Shown piece after piece: positions 39,863-47,614 of a stretch of 64,000 nt of DNA. Position 1 is the first letter of the stretch. Every line of letters begins with the position of its first letter. This DNA comes from Candidatus Multivoradales bacterium (GTDB lineage Bacteria > Acidobacteriota > Thermoanaerobaculia > Multivoradales > J023): positions 4,256,001-4,320,000 of the forward strand of contig CBDFLE010000006.1 in NCBI GenBank assembly GCA_965248925.1, read 5' to 3'. The notes below the pieces were generated by a model, which worked only from the letters and a program-made list of their open reading frames with translations, did not search any database and was not told the origin of the DNA. Made by a program: the position numbers and the translations under genes.

Positions 39863-41164
39863 TTACGACGGTAGCCTGAGAATCGCTGCACAGCCCCCGT
39901 CGGGTCGATTGCGCAGCTCTAAGGAGCCGCCGTGAGCCTCGGCGATCTGGCGGCAGAGTACCAGTCCTATGCCAGTTCCTTCCGGTTTGGTGGTGAAAAA
40001 AGGCACGAAAAGATTCTCGGTGCTAGACAGGCCAGGGCCTCGGTCAAGCACTTGCAACTGCAAATGGGCACCTTTCAGGCGCCAGACGACCGCCACTTCA
40101 CCTGCTGTTTCTGCTGCTGCTTCGACCGCATTCTTGACCAGGTTGATCAGCAGCTGTTCCAGTTGATCCGGGTCCGCTTGCAGGGCCAGGTCCGGGCCGC
40201 CGTCGAGACGTACTTGGCGGTTGGGTTCGAGTGCCAAGACCCGGTTCACCAAGGAAGCGACGGACGTGCGGCGGAGATGCGGCGAAGGCAATCTGGCAAG
40301 GCGCGAGTAGGCGGCGACGAAGCGATTCAGCGCTTCACTGCGCTGGGCGATGATGCGCAGGCCGCGCTGGGTGTCTTCGCGCCAGTCTGTCGGCAACTGA
40401 GCTCGGCGTAGCAGCGAAGCCAGGGTGGAGGCAGTGGACTTGATCGGTGCGAGGGAGTTGTTGAGTTCGTGGCTGAGTACTCGGATCAGTTTCTGCCAGG
40501 CTTGCCGCTCCTCGTCGCGCAACGCTTTCGACAGATCGGTCAATACCACCAGCTGGTGTGGCAGCCCACCTTCGCGAAAAGCGCCGCGACGGCTCTGCCA
40601 ACGGCCGGAGCCGCCGGCAAAGGAGCGCTCAAAGGTGCGCACCGCCTCGCCGGTCAGGCAGTCGTCGAGCCCGAGTTCTTGAGCGGTGTGATTTAGCAGC
40701 TGCTCGCGGCGGCGAGCCAGCAAGCGCTCACCGGCGCGGTTGACCAACCGTAGCACCTGTCCCTCGTCGAAGGTGAACAGGGCTACGTCGACCTCGCTGA
40801 TCACCCGTTCGAGCAGTTGGGCCGCGTCGACCGCGCGGAAGCGCTGGCGGCGCAGGATGTCGCCGAGATGATTGACCTCGACCATCACCTCGCCGAGCGC
40901 GTCGCGCGGCCCAGGACTGTTGGCGCGGATCGAATAGTCGCCTTCGCGCAGGGCTTCGATCAGGTTGGCCAGGGTTCGCAGTGGTTTGATGGTGCGCTCG
41001 CGGGCGGCCAGCGCGCAGCCCAACCAACAGCTGCCGACCACCAACGCCACGGTCCAGACCAGCCGCGGTGGATAGGAGCCTGACCACAGCAAGTAGGTCG
41101 AGACCACCGCTCCTGGCAAGCCGGCGCCCAAGGCGAGAAGGAAAATGCGTCTTTGGTGGGTCAT
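39863..41164 (-). CDS. Sensor histidine kinase (HAMP/PAS)
   Basis: 2 TM, SHELNNSL H-box, NLVKNA, DRGPG, FFTTK, GIGL. Confidence 0.92.
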   Translation of the reverse strand: MTHQRRIFLLALGAGLPGAVVSTYLLWSGSYPPRLVWTVALVVGSCWLGCALAARERTIKPLRTLANLIEALREGDYSIRANSPGPRDALGEVMVEVNHLGDILRRQRFRAVDAAQLLERVISEVDVALFTFDEGQVLRLVNRAGERLLARRREQLLNHTAQELGLDDCLTGEAVRTFERSFAGGSGRWQSRRGAFREGGLPHQLVVLTDLSKALRDEERQAWQKLIRVLSHELNNSLAPIKSTASTLASLLRRAQLPTDWREDTQRGLRIIAQRSEALNRFVAAYSRLARLPSPHLRRTSVASLVNRVLALEPNRQVRLDGGPDLALQADPDQLEQLLINLVKNAVEAAAETAGEVAVVWRLKGAHLQLQVLDRGPGLSSTENLFVPFFTTKPEGTGIGLVLCRQIAEAHGGSLELRNRPDGGCAAILRLPS

Positions 41165-42576
41165 CGGCTCGCCGACAGGCCGAGCTTGTCTAACCGCCGG
41201 TAAAGCGCGCTGCGGCTCAAGCCGAGAGCATGGGCGGCCTCGGTAACGTTGCCCTCGGTGCGCTCCAGACCGCGTTCGATCAGCACCCGTTCGGCTTCCT
41301 CGAGGGTCATCTCGTCGAGTCGTTTGGTCTCCGACGCAGCGGTCAAGCCGAGATCGGCGGACTCGATCTGGGGGCCGGCGGCCATCAACACCGCTCGCTC
41401 CAGCACATGGCTGAGCTCACGAACATTCCCCGGCCAGGAATGCTCTCGCAGCTGGGCCAAGGCGCCGGCGGCGAGTTGCCGGATAGGTTGGCGGTAGCGT
41501 TGGGCGTGCTGGGCCAGGAAATGCTCCGCCAGCGGCCGCAGGTCGGCACTTCGCTCGCGCAGCGGTGGCAGGTGGATCTGCACCGTCTTGAGGCGGAAAA
41601 GCAAATCGCGCCGGAAGCGGTCAGCCGCCACTTCGGCCTCGATGTCGGCATTGGTGGCGGCGATGATCCGGGCGTCGGAACGCAGCGTCTTGGAGGAGCC
41701 GACGCGCTCGAATTCGCCACTCTCCAACACCCGCAACAATCGGGTCTGCTGCGATGGTCGGATGTTGGCGACCTCGTCGAGAAATAGCGTTCCGCCGCTG
41801 GCCAGCTCGAAGCGACCCACCCGGTCACTCTTGGCGTCGGTGAAGGCGCCGCGAACATGGCCGAAGAGTTCGCTCTCGAACACCGTCTCCGCCAACCCCC
41901 CCAGGTTGACTGTGATCAGCGGACCCGTTCGTCGGCGGGAGAGCTGATGCAGGGCTTTCGCCAGCAAGCTCTTGCCGGTGCCGTTCTCGCCGGTCAGCAG
42001 TACGTTGGCGTCGGTAGGGCCGATACGCTCAAGAAGTTCCAGGACTGGCGCCATGGCGGCCGAGCCGGCGATCAGGTCAGGATGAGGAGCGCCGCGTAGC
42101 AGGCGGTTCTCTGCTTCCAGGCGGACGCCGCGGCGTAGGGTGCGGGCGACCTCGGTCTGGATACGTAGGATGCTGACCAGACGCTCGTTGTCCCACGGTT
42201 TTTCAACCAGGTCGCGAGCGCCACGACGTATTGCCTCGACCGCCAGACCGACGCTGGCCCAGGCGGTCATTACCACCACCGGGAGTTCTTGATCGAGCGC
42301 TTGAATGCGGTCGAGCAAGTGCAGCCCCTCTTCGCCAGAGGTGGTGTCGCGAGTGTAGTTAAGGTCGATCAGCACGACATCGAACTCGACTTCGCCTATG
42401 CGCTCGATCAGGGCGTTGGGAGAGGCCACGGTGACTATGGAGAAGCCTTCGGTCTTGAGCAGCAAGCGGAGCGACTCGCGGATGTCGTCTTGATCGTCGG
42501 CCACCAACACCCGCGGCGCAAGGGTGGATCGTCGACTGCTGCTGGCGGCGCTCTTGGTGGGGTTGGGCTGGTTCAT
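41161..42576 (-). CDS. Sigma54-dependent response regulator (NtrC family)
   Basis: Receiver domain, GENGTGKS, GAFTDA, LFLDEV, WPGNVREL, Fis HTH. Confidence 0.93.
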   Translation of the reverse strand: MNQPNPTKSAASSSRRSTLAPRVLVADDQDDIRESLRLLLKTEGFSIVTVASPNALIERIGEVEFDVVLIDLNYTRDTTSGEEGLHLLDRIQALDQELPVVVMTAWASVGLAVEAIRRGARDLVEKPWDNERLVSILRIQTEVARTLRRGVRLEAENRLLRGAPHPDLIAGSAAMAPVLELLERIGPTDANVLLTGENGTGKSLLAKALHQLSRRRTGPLITVNLGGLAETVFESELFGHVRGAFTDAKSDRVGRFELASGGTLFLDEVANIRPSQQTRLLRVLESGEFERVGSSKTLRSDARIIAATNADIEAEVAADRFRRDLLFRLKTVQIHLPPLRERSADLRPLAEHFLAQHAQRYRQPIRQLAAGALAQLREHSWPGNVRELSHVLERAVLMAAGPQIESADLGLTAASETKRLDEMTLEEAERVLIERGLERTEGNVTEAAHALGLSRSALYRRLDKLGLSASR

Positions 42577-42637
42577 TGCGGGCTCCTGCGGCGTTGTTCG
42601 CCGCGGCCCATTCTACAGCCGTGGAGCGGTGGAGGGA

Positions 42638-42666
42638 GGACCGACCAACCTGGAGCTGGTCGGTCC
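42638..42666 (-). terminator. GC-rich hairpin downstream of ncRNA candidate B (terminator or processing stem)
   Basis: GGACCGACCA-N9-TGGTCGGTCC; no U-tract. Confidence 0.4.
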
Positions 42667-42699
42667 CTATTCTGAGGAAATGTGGAAGCTTTGTTGTAG

Positions 42700-42873
42700 G
42701 CCGGCAGCGGCTGGGCAGCGGTGGAGTCCCGTGAAGGCCATCTCTAAGATGATGCTCCCGGCGGTGCCTTGATCGTCGCTCGTGATGGCTGACTTGATGC
42801 GGTGCGAGGATCGAGGCTTCCTGATGTCGTCTGGCCTTCACGGAACTCAACCGCTACCGGTGCCGCTGACAGA
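42700..42873 (-). ncRNA. Candidate sigma54-dependent structured ncRNA B
   Basis: Arms 42832-42859 and 42713-42740 pair (24 WC + 2 GU of 28), 91-nt loop, consensus sigma54 promoter upstream; paralog of A. Confidence 0.65.
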
Positions 42874-42883
42874 AGTGGTTTAG

Positions 42884-42899
42884 AGCAAGCGCGGTGCCA
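42884..42899 (-). promoter_or_regulatory. Sigma54 (-24/-12) promoter B
   Basis: TGGCAC-CGCGC-TTGCT, exact consensus. Confidence 0.85.
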
Positions 42900-43017
42900 G
42901 GCTCTACGAGCGAGTAGCAGGTTTTTCCAAGGATTCTTGTATTTGCTGTAGCAAAAGGGGTTGTAGCTTTGTCTGATTTTCGGAGAGCAGCCTGACCTGG
43001 TCTGAAGCCGGCTTTTC

Positions 43018-43078
43018 TGTCCGCCAGCGGTCAGTCAGGTGACCCGCAGCGGTCAACCGCTGACCGCTCGCGAGGTCA
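43018..43078. promoter_or_regulatory. Enhancer (UAS) array for promoter B
   Basis: TGTCCG-N4-CGGTCA, TGACCC-N4-CGGTCA, TGACCG-..-GGTCA at 21-22 bp spacing. Confidence 0.65.
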
Positions 43079-43304
43079 AGGCCAGGGCGGTTGCAGAAGG
43101 CAGCGGCTGTGGAGAAAGTAGGTGGCGAGCGGAAAGGGAGAGGCGAGAAGTAGCCGGGGATGGCGACCGAGAGATCGCTAGCGGTAGACTCCGCGAAGAT
43201 CAGTTAATAGAGGATGGACCGGCCGCCTGAGCTGACGTGGTGTGCTGACTTAGAGGATGCTCAAGCGGCGCTGTTGAAAAGATCTTCGCGGAGCCCTGTC
43301 GCCG

Positions 43305-43555
43305 GCAGTGCTCGTTTGACCGGCAGCGACGGAGATCCGTGAAGGTCGTCCCGATGTCGATGTCCGCTCGCGAGGTCGCCGCCTTGGTGCGCTGACGTGA
43401 TGATAGGCGACTCTCGCGATCTACCGTGGTACTCGGTGGTGAGCCGGGTTCGCCGGGCCGCCCTTCGTGGTGCAGGACTGGATGTCTAGGTCGACCCGTG
43501 GCAGTTTGCTGCGAGACCTTCAAGGAACTCCGTCGCTACTGGTTCCGTTCACTCT
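43305..43555 (-). ncRNA. Candidate sigma54-dependent structured ncRNA A
   Basis: Arms 43515-43542 and 43320-43347 pair (24 WC + 1 GU of 28), 167-nt loop, consensus sigma54 promoter upstream. Confidence 0.65.
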
Positions 43556-43565
43556 CCAGAACTAA

Positions 43566-43581
43566 TGCAAGCTAGATGCCA
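43566..43581 (-). promoter_or_regulatory. Sigma54 (-24/-12) promoter A
   Basis: TGGCAT-CTAGC-TTGCA, followed upstream by an AT-rich tract (43610-43670). Confidence 0.85.
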
Positions 43582-43683
43582 GCTTGGCGGACATTGCCAT
43601 GTCAGCCTGATATTTTGCTGTAAACAATTGAAACTAAGACATTTACTGAATTGTTCAGAAAAAAATAACCTGGCTTGTACTGG

Positions 43684-43739
43684 TGACCGTGGGCGGTCGC
43701 TGCTCGCTAGCGGACAGCCTGGGTGACCGTTAGCGGACA
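43684..43739. promoter_or_regulatory. Enhancer (UAS) array for promoter A
   Basis: TGACCG-N4-CGGTCG, TGCTCG-N4-CGGACA, TGACCG-N4-CGGACA. Confidence 0.65.
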
Positions 43740-43778
43740 GCGGCGGGCGGGCGGTGGTTGAACCGGGACTAGGGAAGC

Positions 43779-45695
43779 TCAGCTAGGGCCGGGGAGCAGG
43801 CCGAAGCGTTCCATGCGGCGGCGCAGCTTCTGTCTCGATATGGCGAGCAGCTTAGCTGCTTGCACCTGGTTGCCGTCGCAGCGCCGTAGCGCCTCGCGTA
43901 CCGCGCGTTGTTCGAGATCTTCTAGCTCGAGGGAGTCCAGTGCTAGTAGTTCTGGACGCGGCTCGCCGTCGCTGGCCGCAGGCGGTGAGGCAGACAGGTC
44001 GAGGGCGCGCGCCGCAGAATCTCCCAGGACGGGGCGAGGGGCGTTCTCGAGCACTGCTTTCGACAGCATCGAAGAGTCGATGGCGGCACCGTCGTGACAG
44101 AGATAGACCAGGCGGCGGACCTCGTTTTCGAGTTCGCGGACATTGCCAGGCCAAGGGAAGTCCACCAGCTGGCGCAGAGCACGCACGGTCAGGCCGCGCA
44201 CCCGCTTGCCGAGGGAACGCGAGCAATCGCGCAGAAAATGCTCGACCAACGCTGGGATGTCCTCGGGCCGATCACCGAGGGGCGGAACGTCGAGCACCCA
44301 CCCGGCCAGGCGGTAGTAGAGGTCGGCGCGAAAGCTGCCGGCCTCAATGCGCTTGGCCAGTTCTTGGTTGGTGGCGGCTAGGACCCGCACATCGATCTTG
44401 ATCGGTCGCATGCCGAGGGGGGTGACCTCTTTCTCCTGCAAGGCTCGCAGCAGCTTGGCCTGAAGACCGGCCGACATGTCGCCGATCTCATCGAGAAACA
44501 GGGTGCCGCCGTCGGCTTCTTGGAAGCGGCCACGGCGTTTTCTGACCCCGGAGGCAACCCCTTCGCCGATGCCGAAAAGCTCTGATTCGAGCAGTTCGGC
44601 AGGAATGGCGGCGCAATTGATAGCCACGAAGGGCTGTTGCCGACGGGGCGAAGAGCGGTGCAGAATCTGCGCCAGATACTCCTTGCCGACGCCGGTGTCG
44701 CCGATGATCAGCACCGGCAGGTCGCCGCGGGCCAGGCTCTCCATCAGGCGGTAAATCCGGCGCATCGCCGCCGACTGTCCGAAGACGAATCCCGCCGGCA
44801 CCACCAGGCTCGGAAAACCGGTGTTCACCGTCGGCTGGTGAACTTCGCCGGGCTGTGGCCGGAAGCGGTCCACAAGCCTCACCACCAGGCGTAGCAGGGG
44901 TTCGCTCTCGCTGCGACCGGCGAAGCTGCCCCACAATGCCAAGGCCAGGGGGGCGGCGTCTTGAGGGGTTAGCAAGACCAGGCTGAGGGGCGCTCCGGCG
45001 GTCGGGTTGAGCAATTCGAAAGCGATAGCATCGGCCTTGGTGGTGGCGTCGGCGAAAGCATGCGGCAGCGCCTCTTGCAGGCTTTCCATGGCGTCGTCGT
45101 CGACCTGGCCGGCGGCGGCGAGGACGATAGGCCGCTCCTCGGCCGGTAGCTCTAGCAGACAGGTGCCACGCAGTTGTAACTCGCTGATCAGCAGCCGCAC
45201 AACGGCGCTGAAATGGCCATCCGGACCCTCCGGCATCTCGGTCACCAATGCTTCGACCAGTTGCAGCCAATGTCGGGTGAGGGCGTCGGCTATGCTGCTG
45301 GTGACCAGCGGTGTCTCGCGTCGCAGTACCGCGGAACTCCGGTCGAGGGGTGGGTAGTCAAGAGCGATGGCGAGTTCGGCGTCTTCGCTGTCCAGCTCTT
45401 CAAGAGTCAGCTCGACAGGGCCAAAACGCAGCTGATCGCCCGGTCGGGCGGTAGCCTGCTCGATGCGTCGCTCATTGAGGTAGGTGCCGTTCTTGCTGCC
45501 CAGATCTTCGACCTGCAACTGGTCGATGCCGAGTGTCAGCCGGGCATGCTGCCTGGAGACGCCAGCGGCACTGAGCACGATTTCGTTCGACGGCAAGCTG
45601 CCGACGCCGTTGGTTGAGCCGAGGACGAAAGAATGCTCACTATCTTGCACTAGGCCGCGCAGGCAGTAGCTGATCTGTGAGGTGGTTGTCGCCAT
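43779..45695 (-). CDS. FHA domain sigma54-interacting transcriptional regulator
   Basis: FHA (VSRQHA..DLGSKNGT), AAA+ GDTGVGKE, LFLDEI, RADLYYRL, WPGNVREL, Fis HTH; GVASGV in place of GAFTGA. Confidence 0.9.
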   Translation of the reverse strand: MATTTSQISYCLRGLVQDSEHSFVLGSTNGVGSLPSNEIVLSAAGVSRQHARLTLGIDQLQVEDLGSKNGTYLNERRIEQATARPGDQLRFGPVELTLEELDSEDAELAIALDYPPLDRSSAVLRRETPLVTSSIADALTRHWLQLVEALVTEMPEGPDGHFSAVVRLLISELQLRGTCLLELPAEERPIVLAAAGQVDDDAMESLQEALPHAFADATTKADAIAFELLNPTAGAPLSLVLLTPQDAAPLALALWGSFAGRSESEPLLRLVVRLVDRFRPQPGEVHQPTVNTGFPSLVVPAGFVFGQSAAMRRIYRLMESLARGDLPVLIIGDTGVGKEYLAQILHRSSPRRQQPFVAINCAAIPAELLESELFGIGEGVASGVRKRRGRFQEADGGTLFLDEIGDMSAGLQAKLLRALQEKEVTPLGMRPIKIDVRVLAATNQELAKRIEAGSFRADLYYRLAGWVLDVPPLGDRPEDIPALVEHFLRDCSRSLGKRVRGLTVRALRQLVDFPWPGNVRELENEVRRLVYLCHDGAAIDSSMLSKAVLENAPRPVLGDSAARALDLSASPPAASDGEPRPELLALDSLELEDLEQRAVREALRRCDGNQVQAAKLLAISRQKLRRRMERFGLLPGPS

Positions 45696-45745
45696 CTAAA
45701 TCTGGTATTTGGATCTCAGCCGCCAAGCCGACTCGCTCGGCCGAT

Positions 45746-45765
45746 TGTAACCGCATGCGGTTACA
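45746..45765. promoter_or_regulatory. Perfect 20-bp palindrome, probable TF operator
   Basis: TGTAACCGCATGCGGTTACA between divergent genes. Confidence 0.6.
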
Positions 45766-45835
45766 GCTCGATCGGCGATCGGATTCAAGGCCGGTGGTGA
45801 GATTCAGGTAGGGTGCGTCGAGGAGATCGCCAACC

Positions 45836-46558
45836 ATGAGTCTACCCTCTTGGGAGCCCCTCGGCAGGGCTCTCGAAGCATATCTCGCCGGGGATATGGC
45901 AGCTGCCGTCGAGGTGCGCCTCGAAGGCGGCCGTCGCAGTACCCTGCCGGCGACTGAGTTGTTTCGCCAAGACGGTTTTCCCGCCGCCGAAAGCGCGGCC
46001 CTCGAGGTAGTCCGTGGCCGGGTGCTCGACGCTGGAGCTGGCGCTGGCAGTCATACATTGGAGCTGCAACAGCGGGGCTTGGAGGTCTTGGCGCTCGACC
46101 TGTCGCCGCGGGCGGTCGCAGTGATGCGGCGGCGAGGGGTGAGGGATGCCCGCTGCGGTGATCTCGAAACCCTGCGCGAGCAGCGCTTCGATACCATTTT
46201 GCTGATGATGAACGGCCTCGGCCTAGCTGGTGACCTAGGCGGACTCGACCGTCTGTTGGTTCAATCCCACGGCTTGTTGCGCGCCGGTGGGGCGCTGGTG
46301 TTCGACGCTTGTGACCTACGCTCTACCGACGACCCGATTGAAACACGGTTGATCGAAGAGCGCCGCCGCGCCGGGCGTTACTTTGGCGAAGTGATTTTCC
46401 AGATGGGTTGGCGAGGTGTGTGGGGTGCTCCCTTCCCCTGGTTGTTTGTCGATGCCGCCACCTTGCGTTACCGGGCGCGGCGGGCGGGTTGGCACACCCA
46501 GGTGATTTATCAGGAAGCAGAAGGTGCCTTTGCCGCTCGTTTGTTGCCGCGTTGGTAG
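45836..46558 (+). CDS. Class I SAM-dependent methyltransferase
   Basis: GRVLDAGAGAGSH, DLS, FDTILLMMNG, FPWLFVD. Confidence 0.88.
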   Translation: MSLPSWEPLGRALEAYLAGDMAAAVEVRLEGGRRSTLPATELFRQDGFPAAESAALEVVRGRVLDAGAGAGSHTLELQQRGLEVLALDLSPRAVAVMRRRGVRDARCGDLETLREQRFDTILLMMNGLGLAGDLGGLDRLLVQSHGLLRAGGALVFDACDLRSTDDPIETRLIEERRRAGRYFGEVIFQMGWRGVWGAPFPWLFVDAATLRYRARRAGWHTQVIYQEAEGAFAARLLPRW

Positions 46559-46597
46559 AGATCGCAGAATGACTGCTTGGTCGCTTGAGCACCTTCA

Positions 46598-46634
46598 GAT
46601 CAAGTTGTTGGCCGATGATCAAGTTGTTGGCCGA
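46598..46634. repeat. 18-bp direct repeat (19-bp period)
   Basis: GATCAAGTTGTTGGCCGA x2. Confidence 0.8.
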
Positions 46635-46665
46635 AGCGTCTTCCGTATTTAGTGTTTGGCGCGGA

Positions 46666-46790
46666 GGCACTCTCAGGCTGAGCTCCGACGTGGCAGAGGA
46701 GCCCGCTGGACGAGCCCGCTCCAATATCCAGCGGCTACCGATTCTCGCCTGAGATCATCAGCCACGCCGTGTGGCTCTGCTACCGTTCAG
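46666..46790 (+). pseudogene. IS6 family left-end remnant
   Basis: GGCACTCTCAGG IR-like start followed by a frame encoding GYRFSPEIISHAVWLCYR (IS6 transposase N-terminus). Confidence 0.75.
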
Positions 46791-47614
46791 CCGCCGGTTC
46801 TTCTATCATCACGCCTAGCTCATCGAGCAAGGTGCCGGTGGCGCGCTGAAAAGCGATCAGTTGGCGGCGGTGATTGGTTACCGCGACGACCTCGCGCTGG
46901 CGGGCTCCGGCCAGATCTTCTTGGATGCGTAGCAGGGTGAAACTTGACGATAGGCCATTTTCGTAACGTTTTTGCTCGGCTTCCAGGTTGCGGCGGGTCA
47001 GTTCGCTGGCTAGTTGGGCGGAGTCGATCCGCTGCTGCGCGGTGAGCACCGCGCGGGCGGTCCGACGGACGTTGGCGCGGATCGCCCGGTGCAGTTCTTC
47101 TAGTTCTAGCTGTCCGCGCTCGACGGCCAATTCGGCGCGAGCGTGACGCGCTCGCGCCGCACGATTGCGTAGCGGGTACGACAGGGTCAGGCCAACATTC
47201 CAACCGTCAAAGTCGCCATCGAGCACTTGCTGGATGGCCCCGGCATTGCCTTCTTGTTCGAGCACCAGGTCTGGATCGTTGGGGGTGCCGCTGATGCCAC
47301 TAAATTGGTAGGAAGCATCCAGGTCGAGCTGTGGCCAGCGCTGGCGACGCTCGACTCGCTGGTCGAGGTGGCGGTTCTCCAAGGCCAGCTGTTGGCTGAG
47401 TACCTCGGGCCGTAGCTTGAGCGCCTGTGCAATAGCTGATTTGGTGTCAATCTCGACAAAGCTCGCCTTGGGCTCGGAAATTGGTAACAGCTCTGCATCC
47501 CACAGCGGGCCGGGTTCGAAGCTGAGGAGTTCGCGCAGCAGATCCTGTTGATCGTCGACCAGAGCAGCGAATTGGATGGTGTCTTCCTCGCGCTGGGCAA
47601 CTCCGGCCTGACTC

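Noticed and set aside
43200-43523. 107-aa ORF (and 42359..42850, 163 aa) as protein products of the sigma54 promoters
   Set aside because: TTG starts lie inside the paired arm, the two units use different frames across the homologous 3' arm, and the translations are dissimilar; nucleotide structure is what is conserved
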